64,000 nucleotides of DNA. Source: Mobula birostris (taxonomy: Eukaryota). The notes beneath the pieces are model-generated. The model saw only the letters and a program-made list of their open reading frames with translations. It had not been told where the DNA came from and did no database searches. The stretch covers positions 24,939,649 through 25,003,648 of the forward strand of contig NC_092398.1 of assembly GCF_030028105.1 (NCBI RefSeq), written 5' to 3'. Below, in pieces: positions 10,693 to 21,627 of the stretch (the stretch's first letter is position 1; every line of letters starts with the position of its first letter). The translations under genes and the position numbers were made by a program.

Positions 10693-11625
10693 GTTTAATT
10701 GCTGGACTTAGTTTCCGATTAGCTTGTCTCACTAGGCGAGAGAATGGAGATTTCAACACCTCCCGCATCTGCTCCCTGAACTTCTTCTGGGTCAAGGCGT
10801 AAAGAGCCGTGTTTGTGCAGCAGCTCAGAAGCTGCAGCATGTAGCCCAGCTCCCTCATGGTCGAAGGTGGGAACGAGGCATACATCAGATATGATGAACG
10901 AAAAAAATATGATCGCATCCACACAGTGTGCACAACAAAAACCACCCACAACACGATGAAATTCGCCGACACGACCAACAGTAAAATGAGCGACTTCCTC
11001 CGGCTCTGCATCTCCGGGTCTTTGGAGCTATTCCCAATGCTGTGATTCCGGAGTCTCCTCCGAGATCTGTTCGCCAGTACCACGTGTCTGATGGTCAAAG
11101 CATTGAGCAGCAGAATAACCACAAACGGGATCACAGGCGTCAGAAAGAAGCTGCAAGACTCGACTACTGTCCAGGCAACTGAGAACAGAACACCGTCTCT
11201 TCCGTGGCAAAACCAAGGGACGTTATTAAACTGGTAGCGTCCTGAGAGCAAAAAATACCAGAAAATTTTCTTTAAACAGCTCAGGGCGGCCACAGTCCAC
11301 AGAACAACAGCGGCAGTTCTCTCGGTGCAGTATTTAGCTTTCAGATTCTGGTAGCGAATAGCCACAAATCGGTCAAAGGTGAACATGACGGTGAACCAGA
11401 CGGAGCAGTCGTTGGCTGTGTAACGTAGGACGGCGTGGATATTACACACAGGGATGTTCATCAGGAATATAAACGCTTCCCAAAAAACAATAGGAATCTG
11501 CCTCAATACCAGGTCGAAGACAACAACGAGAAGATCCGCCATTGCCATGGCCATCAGGTAACAAGCGACGCCTTTCGAAAGACCGCACTTTCCCTGAGAC
11601 AGGACCACAATCGTCAGCACGTTCA
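10655..11625 (-). CDS. Class A GPCR, GPR139/GPR142-like family, copy A exon 2 (joined with 12544-12724 gives 383 aa)
   Basis: Acceptor cccaatag|TGAAC (phase 1). Motifs LSQGKCGLSK, MAMADLLVV (TM2), CNIH, FTFDRFVAI (DRY-like), PWFC, MQSRRKSLILL and CCTNTALY (NPxxY-like). No stops. Confidence 0.93.
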
Positions 11626-12277
11626 CTATTGGGATTGAAAGAAACACAAGCATGTTTGTGGGCAAGGAATAATGTCAGCACAGTCACAGACAGAAAGTAT
11701 AGAAACATGTCTTTGAACCCAGACTTGTAGACTGCGGTTTTCCAGCATCAGCGATGTCTGCTGGTGACGAGGATTATAGCTCAGTGAAGTCGGCAAAGAA
11801 CTGGAAAATTACGTCACCACGCCAAACAACGAACAGCTGAGAAAATGTGCTCTCGGATTTCGGTGAAGATGAATTTCAAATAGAGCTCGAAATTGGTCAT
11901 TGAATTGGAATTGCTTTACTATTACGGAAGTGGTATCACAAGGGTACGCGCCTCCACAATGTGCATACTGATCAATTCTTTACTCAGTGCTTTGAGGCGT
12001 GACGTAATATCAGTTCAGGCTCTCCGGCTTCTTTTGCTGGTCTTTTAAATGTATACAATATTTGAGAAGCCATCTATTTTAAACTGCAGTCCAAATTGGG
12101 AGTTCGGTATCTAAAGCTACAAGGGATGCTTACTCAGTTGAAAATTTTAAACGCCAGCTCAGAAGATCTTTATTTAACCTTGATTTTAGCTGGAATTATT
12201 TTGTCTGCTCTTTTCATGTTATGTCTGTTTGTATTCTAAAAGCACATTGAAATTTTGTCTATTTGGAAAGTGCCCTA

Positions 12278-12317
12278 ATTATTATTATTATTATTATGAT
12301 ATTATTATTATTATTAT
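12278..12317. repeat. Interrupted (TTA)n microsatellite in GPCR intron (shorter in B, about 39327-39345)
   Basis: attattattattattatgatattattattattattat. Confidence 0.9.
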
Positions 12318-12543
12318 AATTGCTGCTGTTCTTGTTGTTATTGTTGTTGTTTAAAGCAAAACAAAACGGGGAGATAAATGTTATTGACCGAATCTGTCAA
12401 TGTATTACAGGCTCATCATCAAAAGTTCAGTTAGTGGGGACGATGGACTGCGTTAACCGGAAAATGTCATTAAATTGCAAGCTATCAAATCTCTTTACAG
12501 GAACCCGTGATCACTGCTTCTCCTTCTCTGGTCAGCAACTTAC

Positions 12544-12724
12544 CGGGAAATGCAACCAAAGCGAGAAGGGGATAGTAGATGGGCTGAATTGTCCGGAGTA
12601 AATACCAGATCCGTATGTCTGCTGCTATCCAAGGATTTTTCGAAAAAATATAGGGAGCCAGGCTGAAGACACCCTTCTCTGTCCCTGGAACATTCCATGT
12701 TCCTATTTCTCGTTCCTGAACCAT
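12544..12724 (-). CDS. GPR139-like GPCR copy A exon 1 (N-terminus and start of TM1)
   Basis: ATG at 12724 gives MVQEREIGTWNVP...RTIQPIYYPLLALVAFP, then G|gtaag donor at 12543. 181+971 = 1152 bp in frame; 918-bp GT-AG intron. The start codon is less certain than the splice. Confidence 0.88.
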
Positions 12725-12916
12725 TGCCCGTCACTGTTCCCAGATTCCAGTCGGTGACCGGCGATTCTCACGCTGCACATGTGACCGTTCACGTAAAATT
12801 CCACTTTGATGTTCGCAGTTCCCCAATTTTTGTCTTCCGCTGTCGAGCTACTGCGGTCCGTGTGTGACGGAGGGGTTGTTCTCGCTAACACTATGAAACT
12901 TAATCGAAAGGAGCAA

Positions 12917-12925
12917 TTTTAAATA
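12917..12925 (-). promoter_or_regulatory. TATA-like element upstream of GPCR (B copy 39949-39957)
   Basis: TATTTAAAA about 195 bp upstream of the ATG, identical in both copies. Motif match only. Confidence 0.25.
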
Positions 12926-13419
12926 GAGCTGCTAATCCCCCAGTGAGACAACCAGGCTCCATACGGGCTGACGTTAATTAACATACATCTACGGTTAACC
13001 ACTTTGAATCCGGATCGCGGGTGCAAAAGGTAAAACGAATTATTAAACAGGGTGGTGATGTCTAGGATATATGTCCACCGATCTCGGACATTGGTTCTGC
13101 ATTATCTTGCAGGAGACAGAATAGCCTGCAAGCACGTACCATTTGGCTCAGTAACAGCTTCAATCACGACATTATTAAAATATTCAACCCTTCCCGCTGA
13201 CGATTAGATGGACTCTTGATATTGCAATCTGCCTCACTCTGACTTTGCAATTTGTTCTTCCCCTGCGCCGCACTTTCTCTGTAACTGCAGCACTTTATTC
13301 TGCATTCTGTCATTGTATTACCCGGAAATCAATGCACTGAGGCAATCATTCTTTTTTTTTGAATGAGGAGTGTGTAAAACAAGGTTGTTTTCTTTTCCCA
13401 GCATCGGCAAATACAATGA

Positions 13420-13800
13420 AGTCCCGTGTACCATCAGTGTCCCATCGGGCAGGATGCTGCGCAGCGTCCTCACCAGGACCAGCAGTATCTAAAACAGTTA
13501 CTTTCTCCAGACAGTAAGGTTGATCGACACTTATACCGACCAACACATTCCACCAGCTCCCTCTACCATCCAACACCACTACTTTATCATTTCCTATCAG
13601 TAAACATGTGAACAGCCCTTAGAGTCACGTTGTAGACATATCAATCTCTGAATATGAACTATTTATGCATTTATATTCATTGTCCTTTTTATTACTGTGG
13701 TCTTTGCCCTATTGTGTTTTTTGGCGCTGCAATGGATCCGGAGTAACAACTGTTTCGTTCTCCTTTGCGCTTGTGTAATGGAAATAATACTGAACAATTC
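13420..13800 (+). mobile_element. Degraded Rex1/Babar-type 3' fragments (also about 40455-40835)
   Basis: cccatcgggcagg...aaaacagttactttctccagacagtaagg, resembling the 3' end of the 28660-29800 element. Confidence 0.45.
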
Positions 13801-14124
13801 TGAATCTTGAATAATAAACCCATTTACTAATTGAGCACTCTGCAGTGTGATGGACCAATCGGTTAGGGAGCGGCTTGCAGGTCTGATGAAAGGCTCAGAG
13901 GGGATCCTTTCTTTCGACGGGAGGAGGCTGATGGAAACCTTGCAACTTTGCTCCAGCTAATCTGACGTCACTGCGTCGGCGATGAAGGAGTGGTTCATGT
14001 TGTATCGGATGAGTGACAATTCGGAAATTACGCGGTCGAAATTGCTTTATTTATGAAAGAGATTTGGACCAAGTCTGTATTAAAGTTCAACATATATTAA
14101 ATCCCGTTTAAACGCCCATCCACT

Positions 14125-14560
14125 CGACTGAAACAATGACAACAAACACAGACTGTTGGAGGAGCTTGGCAGATCAGGCAGCCAATATGGAAGTGAATAA
14201 ACAGTGGACGTTTCCGGTCGAGAACTTTCATCTGGACCGAAGATGAAGCAGGCACACGCCAGAAGAAATGGTGAGGGAGGCGATAAGAAATACTACCGGT
14301 ATGAGATACTTGTAGCCAAGTGAGCGGGTAAATGGGTGGGTGGGGAAGAGGGATGAAGTAAAGACGTTGTAGTTGATATTTGGAAAAAATAAGAGCAAGA
14401 GAAGAAGGAATCTGATAAGAGAGGGGAATAGACCATGGGGGAAATTGAAGGAGGTGGTCACAAGGGGGAGGTGATCTGCTTGTGAGGGAATGAAGGAAGA
14501 GTGGTGTCAGAATGGATAATTGAAGAAAAGGGAAGGGGAGGGGAGAAAATTATCGGAAAA
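14125..14560 (-). mobile_element. Penelope-like element terminal fragment (also about 41155-41590)
   Basis: Plus strand ctgttggaggagcttggcagatcaggcagc...gaataaacagtggacgtttccggtcgagaactttcatctggac, then a purine-rich body. Hammerhead-like core lies on the minus strand. Confidence 0.6.
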
Positions 14561-15634
14561 CATTAAAAAATTGACATTTTTCTTTTTATGCACCTACCAT
14601 ATCAAAAATATTTCCACGATTAAACCGGTTAGTACATCTGATGTGCTGCGTTTGGATCACATCGCAGGAAAATATAAGCAAGCCTACCAATATTTCGTCA
14701 TAACCTGCAACCCAACAGATTGCCCAGAGATTCTCCTCCGCAATGCTTTGCATCCTCCTGTACAACGGTGACCAGAATTACCCACAGTACTCTACAAGCG
14801 GGCAACGTAATGTTATGCACGTATCTTCATTATGATGCTATAATTTGTGGGTTCAATACCTCACCCTGGGTCCCTTTCACTTTCCAGTTTTACCCTTTAT
14901 ACTCACAGGTACGCCCTGTCCTTCGCCTGTTGATCACTATGTTAACACTCTCTCACTCGCCGTCTCTTCTTTCTGTTCGACTGCTGCTAGTTGTCGACGA
15001 AATGTCTGGATATTATCCCTGCTCTAGTTTATGGGCACAACGCTGTGAACCTTCATCGTTATTCGCGCCTGTGTTTCCTTTTCTTACAATTCTCCACCCT
15101 CTCTATCCTTACCCTCTCTCCTTGTCCCTGACTCTCACTCTCTCTCTCTCTCTAGCTGTGCTCCAGACCCCCTTGCTGTGTTGGCATCCATTGTGCGCAC
15201 ACCAGACAGCAGTACAAATGGGGCTCTATGTTGAGGGATGTGTGCACACAGAACAAACAAGCGCACAGCGGCGGTGTAGAGAGGACTCAAGTGCACTGGG
15301 GACAGTTTTCGGATGTGTCTGTACAGACCGGACCAGTTAACGATGAAATTTCTTTTGACACACCTGCCATTGGAAAACATACTTCCGTGATTAATCCCGT
15401 CTGTGCATTTCATCAACTGATGTATTTCCTTCGGGTCACCTTGCACGGAAGTTACGATCAACCTGTCCAATAGAGAGAGTCGTGGTGTAATAGAAAAGTA
15501 CAGCACAGGAGAAGATCCTTTTGCCAATCTAGTCTGAGCCGAACCAATTAAACTTCTACTCCCCTCGACCTACACGCCTATCACAGCCCTCCCTAACCCA
15601 GGCATCCGTTTATCTATCAAAGCGTCTCTCAGAC

Positions 15635-16792
15635 CAGAGGTTCGCAACCATCGGGCCGCAGATCGGTACCGGGCCGCAAAGCATGTGCTACCGGGCCGCG
15701 AGGAAACCTTTCCTCATTCCTTGTCACGTACTTTTGAGCCATTACGCATGCGAGGTCATTAACCGCGCTTCATCCATCTCACCGCGGGAAGGAGATCAAT
15801 TCCCCGAGCTTGCAAATGACGGCAGGCTGAAAAGTATGTTTGACATAACATCTCAGCCAGCATTCTAGATCAAAGTCAAGGCTAGATAACCTGAGATAGC
15901 CACGAAAGCACTGAAAACGCTGCTTCCATTTCCAAACTATCTCTGCGAAGCAGGCTTTTCTGCAATGAATGCAACGAAAACTAAATTGCGGAATAGACTG
16001 GACATAAGTAACCCCCTTCGAGTACCGCTGTCTCCCATCACCCCTCGATAGGACCGTCTCCTTGCAGGGAAACAAGCGCAGGGCTCCCAATGATTCACCG
16101 ATATTGGCGTGTTGCAATGATTCTATATGTTCATACGGGGAAAATATGTGTTGTGTGTTTAATATCCAAACGTTACTTAGAATGTTATGATGCTATTGAC
16201 TTATATAACCACATAACAATTACAGCACAGAAACAAACTACCTCTGCCCTTCTCGTCCGTGCCGAACGCTTACCCTCACCTAGTCCCAACGTTCAGCACT
16301 CAACCCACAACCTGTCCTTTCCTGTCCATATATCTATGCATTTTTTCTATAAATGATAATATCGAACCTGCCTCTACCACTTCTACTGGAATCTCCTTCA
16401 ACACTTACTTCAAGCTCCCCTGTCCTCCCCTGATAACTGATTTATCACTATATTCATGCGAGGAAAATATGCGCTGTGTGTTTAATATTAAATTCGCCAG
16501 ATAAACCCTTTTAGAAAGGAAATTGAGTGTATTAGGCACTTATTACCGATATTCCGGATGTGGTTCCCCCGCACCGCCGAACAGAATCGCCAAAAGCAAT
16601 TTGTGGTGGAAAAAATCGTCACGTAAACGCATTCGCACTGGTGCCCGCACAAGGCTTCATTCTCATTGAAGTCTTTTTTGGGTAAACACAACGTATTTGT
16701 CTGCTACTCTTGTCCGTTGCCAATCCTACTCCCCACCACCACTCCAGCCCCCCAGTCGGCCGGTCCGCAGTGCAAAAATTTGGGGACCCCTG
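15635..16792 (+). mobile_element. Non-autonomous hAT-Charlie element (transposase C-terminal remnant plus captured CR1 piece)
   Basis: Termini cagaggttcgcaac...ttggggacccctg. 15805-16092 reads ELANDGRLKSMFD...PEIATKALKTLLPFPNYLCEAGFSAMNATKTKLRNRLD...AGKQAQGSQ* with stops. No matching TSD. Confidence 0.85.
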
Positions 16793-17104
16793 ATCGTTTG
16801 CAGTGCTTTGCTGTTTGAAAGAAGATTCCAGGAAGTGAGTGCAAGCTCGAACGGCCTTAAAGTGAAACAGTTTAGAGGTGGTGCGCCAGCCAATGATAGA
16901 CTCCATTTCGCCGATTAAAGCATCGAGGAAGATTGAAATCAAGGCGAGTGCAGAAAGTGAGTGAGGGTTTAAAACTGACTGCTGTTTGATCGCAGGGACG
17001 GATCTCTCTGTTGTCAGATGAGTTGTGTAGTACCTTTCACTCACTGTTACCGGAGGGTAGGCCTCTGTGCTTCAGTGGTCTCTCTATCTCCATCTCTTGA
17101 CGTT

Positions 17105-19776
17105 GGTCAGAGGACATAAGCCGGGTAGATGTGGAATCGATATGGGTAGGGCTGCGTAACACTAAGGGGCAGAAGACGGTGGTGGGAGTTGTGTACAGGC
17201 CACCTAACAGTAGTAGTGAGGTCGGAGATGGTATTAAACAGGAAATTAGAAATGTGTGCAATAAAGGAACAGCAGTTACAATGGGTGACTTCAATCTACA
17301 TGTAGATTGGGTGAACCAAATTGGTAAAGGTGCTGAGGAAGAGGATTTCTTGGAATGTATGCGGGATGGTTTTTTGAACCAACATGTCGAGGAACCAACT
17401 GGAGAGCAGGCTATTCTGGACTGGGTTCTGAGCAATGAGGAAGGGTTAATTAGCAATCTTGTCGTGAGAGGCCCTTTGGGTAAGAGTGACCATAATATGG
17501 TGGAATTCTTCATTAAGATGGAGAGTGACATAGTTAATTCAGAAACAAAGCTTCTGAATTTAAAGAGGGGTAACTTTGAAGGTATGAGACGTGAATTCGC
17601 TAAGATAGACTGGCAAATGACACTTAAAGGATTGACGGTGGATATGCAATGGCAAGCATTTAAAGGTTGCATGGATGAACTACAACAATTGTTCATCCCA
17701 GTTTGGCAAAAGAATAAATCAAGGAAGGTAGTGCACCCGTGGCTGACAAGAGAAATTAGGATAGTATCAATTCCAAAGAAGAAGCATACAAATTAGCCAG
17801 AAAAAGTAGCTCACCTGAGGACTGGGAAAAATTCAGAGTTCAGCAGAGGAGGACAAAGGGCTTAATTAGGAAGGGGAAAAAAGATTATGAGAGAAAACTG
17901 GCAGGGAACATAAAAACTGACTGTAAAAGCTTTTATAGATATGCAAAAAGGAAAAGACTGGTAAAGACAAATGTAGGTCCCCTACAGACAGAAACAGGTG
18001 AAATGATTATGGGGAGCAAAGACATGGCAGACCAATTGAATAATTACTTTGGTTCTGTTTTCACTAAGGAGGACATAAATAATCTTCCAGAAATAGTAGG
18101 GGACAGAGGATCTAGTGAGATGGAGGAACTGAGCGAAATACATGTTAGTAGGGAAGTGGTGTGAGGCAAATTGAAGAGATTAAAGGCAGATAAATCCGCA
18201 GGGCCAGATGATCTGCATCCCAGAGTGCTTCAGGAATTAGCCCAAGAAATAGTGGATGCATTAGTGATAATTTTTCAAAACTCTTCAGATTCTAGACTAG
18301 TTCTTGAGGATTGGAGGGTGGCTAATGTAACCTCACTTTTTAAAAAAGCAGGGAGAGAGAAACTGGGGAATTATAGACCGGTTAGCCTAACATCGGTGGT
18401 GGGGAAAATGCTAGAGTCAGTTACCAAAGATGAGATAACAGCACATTTGGAGAGTGGTGAAATCATCGGACAAAGTTAGCATGGATTTGTGAAAGGAAAA
18501 TCATGTCTGATGAATCTCATAGAATTTTTTGAGGATGTAACTACTAGAGTGGACAGGGGGAGAACCAGTGCATGTGGAATATTTGGATTTTCAAAAGGCT
18601 TTTGACAAGGTCCCACACAGGAGATTAGTGTGCAAACTTAAAGCACACGGTATTGGGGGTAAGGTATTGACGTGGATGGAGAATTGGTTAGCAGACAGGA
18701 AGCAAAGAGTGGGAATAAACGGGACCTTTTCAGAATGGCAGGCGGTGACTAGTGGGTACCGCAAGGCTCAGTGCTCGGACCCCAGTTGTTTACAATATAT
18801 ATTAATGACTTGGATGAGGGAATTAAATGCAGCATCTCCAAGTTTGCGGATGACACGAAGCTGGGTGGCAGTGTTAGCTGTGAGGAGGATGCTAAGAGAA
18901 TGCGGAGTGACTTGGATAGGTTGGGTGAGTGGGCAAATTCATGGCAGATGCAATTTAATGTGGATAAATGTGAAGTTATCCACTTTGGTGGCAAAAATAG
19001 GAAAACAGATTATTATCTGAATGGTGGCCGATTAGGAAAAGGGGAGGTGCAACGAGACCTGGGTGTCATTATACACCAGTCATTGAAAGTGGGCATGCAG
19101 GTACAGCAGGCGGTGAAAAAGGCGAATGGTATGCTGGCATTTATAGCGAGAGGATTCGAGTACAGTAGCATGGTGGTACTTCTGCAGTTGTACAAGGCCT
19201 TGGTGAGACCACACCTGGAGTCTTGTGTGCAGTTTTGGTCCCCTAATCTGAGGAAAGATAACCTTGCCATAGAGGGAGTACAAAGAAGGTTCACCAGATT
19301 GATTCTTGGGATGGCAGGACTTTCATATGAAGAAAGACTGGATGAACTGGGCTTGTACTCGTTGAAATTTAGAAGATTGAGGAGGTATCTGATTGAAACG
19401 TATAAAATCCTAAAGGGATTGGACAGGCTAGATGCAGGAAGATTGTTCCCGATGTTGGGGAAGTCCAGAACAAGGGGTCACAGTTTGAGAATAAAGGGGA
19501 AGCCTTTTAGGACCGAGATTAGGAAAAACTTCTTCACACAGAGAGTGGTGAATCTGTGGAATTCTCTGCCACAGGAAACAGTTGAGGCCAGTTCATTGGC
19601 TATATTTAAGAGGGAGTGAGATATGGCCCTTGTGGCTACGGGGATCAGGGGGTATGGAGGGAAGGCTGGGGCGGGTTTCTGAGTTGGATGATCAGCCATG
19701 ATCATAATAAATGGCGGTGCAGGCTCGAAGGGCCGAATGGCCTACTCCTGCATTAATTTACTATGTTTCTATGTTT
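17105..19776 (+). mobile_element. 5'-truncated CR1 LINE, ORF2 (endonuclease + RT) disrupted
   Basis: VVYRPPN, MGDFN, SDHN (APE endonuclease); YRPVSLTS, DFQKAFDKV, KFADDTK (RT); C-terminal FFTQRVVNLWNSLP; tail ctatgtttctatgttt. Several frameshifts and stops. Confidence 0.96.
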
Positions 19777-20169
19777 CGATGATATTACTGGGGCTCTGCA
19801 TTTATGCACTGGACGATGAAGTTGTTCGGTCTTATGATGTTTATATTCTCTGTTTTCGTCAGTTATTTCTCGTTATTGTGTGGCGTGTTTTGTTACTTCT
19901 TTGTGTGAGCGAAAGGAGTTTGGAGTTTGATGTTCTTGTTCTTGACAGTTTTTTTTGTGCGCGTGTAGGTTTTGATGTTTATCTTTGAATTATTTCCATG
20001 CATTTCTTTGTACTGTGGCTATCTGGAGAAGCCAAATCTCAGAGTTGCACACTGAGTACATAATTTAATAATAAATGAACCTTTGAACGATTTTTGATGC
20101 CTGACGGGGCGATTTGTGTATCTCAGAGAATGTTGAGCTCATGGGATTATCAGGCACGAGTCTCTAGAG

Positions 20170-21360
20170 CAGGGGTCCCCAATCTATTTTGCACTACGGA
20201 GCGGTTTAATATTGACAATAATCTTGCGGACCGGCCGACCGGGTCGGGGGTGGGTAGGGTTGCCAACATACAAGAGCAGCAGTCAAATACGTTGTGTTCA
20301 CCCGGAGAAAGATTTCAATAACCATGAAGCCTCGTGCGAGCACCAGTGCGCATGCATTTACGTGCAGATGTTTTTTTCCCTACAAATTCCTTTTGGCGAT
20401 TCTGTTCGGGGCATTTGGGGTTTGTTAACCACGACCGGAATATCGGTAATAACTGCCTAAAACACTCAACTTTCTTTCTAAAAGGGTTTATCTAACGGAC
20501 TTAATATTAAACACACTGCGCATATTTTCCTCACATGAATATAGTGATAAGTCATTTATCAGAGAAGGACAGGGGAGCGTGAAGTAAGTGTTGAACGAAC
20601 TTCCAGTAGAAGTGGTAGAGGCAGGTACGATATTATCATTTAAAGAAAAACTGGAAGGGTGTATGGGTTGGAAAGGGATTGCGGGTTGTGGGCTGAGTGG
20701 AGATCGGTGGACTAGGTGAGAGTAGCGTTCAGAGCGGGCTAGACGGGCAGAAATGGCCTGTTTCCATGCTGTAATTGTTATATGGTTATATAAGTCAACA
20801 GCATCATAACATTTTAAGTAACGTTTGGATATTAAACACACAGCACATATTTTTCCCGTATAAACATATAAAATCATTGCAACACACCGATATCGCTGAA
20901 TCAGTGGGAGCCTTGGACTTGATTCCTTGCAAGGAGACGGTCCTGTCGAGGGGTGATGGGAGACAGCGATACTCGAAGGGGTTTCCTTATGTCCAGTATA
21001 TTCCGCAATTTAGTTTTCATTGCATTGATTGCAGAAAAGCCCGCCATCGCAGAGATACTTTGGAAATGGAAGCAGTGTTTTCAGTGCTTTCGTGGCTACC
21101 TCAGGATATTTAGCCTTGGCTTTGATCCAGAATGCCGGCAGAGATGTTATGTCAAACATACTTTATAGTCCGTCGTCATTTGCAAGCTCGGGGAGTTGAT
21201 CTCCTTCCCGCCATGACATAGACGATGCACGGTTAATGACCTCGCGTGCGTAATGGCTCAACAGTGCGTGACAGGGAATGAGGAAAGGTTTCCTCGCGGC
21301 CCGCCGGCACATGCTTTGCGGCCAGGTATCGGTCCGCGGCCCGGTGGTTGGGGACCGCTG
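20170..21360 (-). mobile_element. Second hAT-Charlie non-autonomous element, inverted (B copy 47204-48394)
   Basis: caggggtccccaa...gttggggaccgctg. Left flank ctctagag is a Charlie-type target but is not repeated on the right. Same internal layout as 15635-16792, reversed. Confidence 0.85.
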
Positions 21361-21384
21361 GCCAAAATAAAATTCTAGCGAGTG

Positions 21385-21627
21385 GAGGGGAATCTGCACG
21401 TAAACGCATGTGCACTGGTGCCCGCGCAAGGCTTCATGGACATTGAAGTCTTTCTCGGGGTAAACTCAACGTATTTGAGTGCTATTCTTGTCCGTTGGCA
21501 ACCCTACTCCCCACAACCACCCGCGCCCCACCCACTCCCCCGCCCCCCGCCGCCGTCGGCCGGTCCGCAAGAATATTGTCAATATTAAACCGGTCCACAG
21601 TGCAAAAAAAATGTTTGGGGACCCCTG
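21385..21627 (+). mobile_element. Partial third Charlie element end (B copy 48419-48661)
   Basis: tgcacgtaaacgcatg...attgtcaatattaaaccggtcc...ttggggacccctg. Confidence 0.8.

Noticed and set aside
11651-11665. Single-exon GPCR starting MPTNMLVF
   Set aside because: This is intron sequence before the AG acceptor. The family-typical IYYP..A..P exon splices in frame from 12544.
13883-13915. Hammerhead ribozyme at an intact CTGATGA
   Set aside because: No GAAA after a pairing helix II.
14720-15473. 206-aa ORF and Cys-rich frames after a strong polypyrimidine-AG at about 15154
   Set aside because: Built from CR1 and low-complexity sequence; no frame gives a recognisable domain. The faint tetraspanin-like YVEGC is unsupported.
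17037-19705. Long antisense ORFs (219 aa etc.)
   Set aside because: Shadow frames of CR1 ORF2.
15627-21368. Inversion between the two Charlie elements evidenced by swapped TSDs
   Set aside because: Flanks tctcagac, atcgtttg, ctctagag and gccaaaat do not pair convincingly in any orientation.
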